Positions 63,550 to 64,000 of a stretch of DNA of 64,000 nucleotides are shown piece by piece. The translations under genes were made by a program, and so were the position numbers. Each line of letters opens with the position of its first letter. The stretch's first letter is position 1. The notes beneath the pieces are model-generated. The model did not search any database and was not told the DNA's origin. It saw only the letters and a program-made list of their open reading frames with translations. Source of the DNA: Azolla caroliniana (taxonomy: Eukaryota > Plantae > Polypodiophyta); the NCBI GenBank assembly GCA_043228905.1, contig JBHGNT010000011.1:9548001-9612000 (forward strand). The letters are read 5' to 3'.

Positions 63550-64000
63550 ATTAAAAATATGGATCTAGATCGGGATGCGCTTTAGACTTCCAACACGGTA
63601 TAAGATACATGCAACAAAAACTAAAAACAGAGTACACCAAAATTTTAACGTGCAAAACCCAAATTTGGGAAAAACCACGGAACCCCTTAGGGTTCAAAAC
63701 AAATTCACTATCTTTTTTAGTACAACCGAATACAACCTCTCTAGTTTTGATTAGAGGATGTATATGCCTCAAGGTAACAGCCTTGATTACAATTCTCTAA
63801 AATGCACACTCTCTCTGTATGCTCTCACCAAGTCACTCATTCTCTATTTCTCTTTTCGTTGTTTTATCCTTCTCTTTATTTTCCTTGTAGTCCAACCTCT
63901 ATCTCTGTATCTGAATTATAACTTTTTCTCTTTTTAGCCCTAAGCCGATTTGGCGTTCAACCGAATCGGCGCTCAACCTGAATCGGCACCCAACCAATTC
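63550..64000 (-). repeat. Copia-type LTR (partial)
   Basis: TTAACGTGCAAAACCC...GAAAAACCACGG U5 motif; ~17-bp GGCRYYCAACC repeats at the window end. Confidence 0.6.

Overview
This is eukaryotic, almost certainly land-plant, heterochromatin. A seed-free plant (fern or bryophyte) is inferred from the element families, not proven. The window consists almost entirely of nested, mostly decayed transposable elements, and I found no convincing host gene, rRNA, intact tRNA or true CRISPR. It holds two Athila/OTA-like Ty3/Gypsy elements that share an extra ORF after pol (1-5647 and 56733-61402) and two related DUF4100/Phygy-type Gypsy elements (5648-10433, and a full-length copy at 15345-22465 with a 4-bp TSD and tRNA-Trp PBS). 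There is also a near-intact chromovirus (32058-39110), several Ty1/Copia elements and solo LTRs, an L1-like LINE, an RTE-like LINE fragment, a decayed possibly P-like DNA transposase and a 2.6-kb TIR element containing a large palindrome. The most interesting signals are five. (i) tRNA-like A-box/B-box modules recur in the LTRs or leaders of five apparently unrelated retroelements. (ii) A G_GAU_UUU slippery site plus predicted pseudoknot sits between protease and RT in both DUF4100-type elements. (iii) Regularly spaced palindromic hairpin arrays occur in a chromovirus leader and in Copia U3 regions. (iv) The Athila-like elements share an uncharacterised accessory ORF. (v) A P-like transposase relic is present. 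Family names come from motif recognition by eye; no database search was run.
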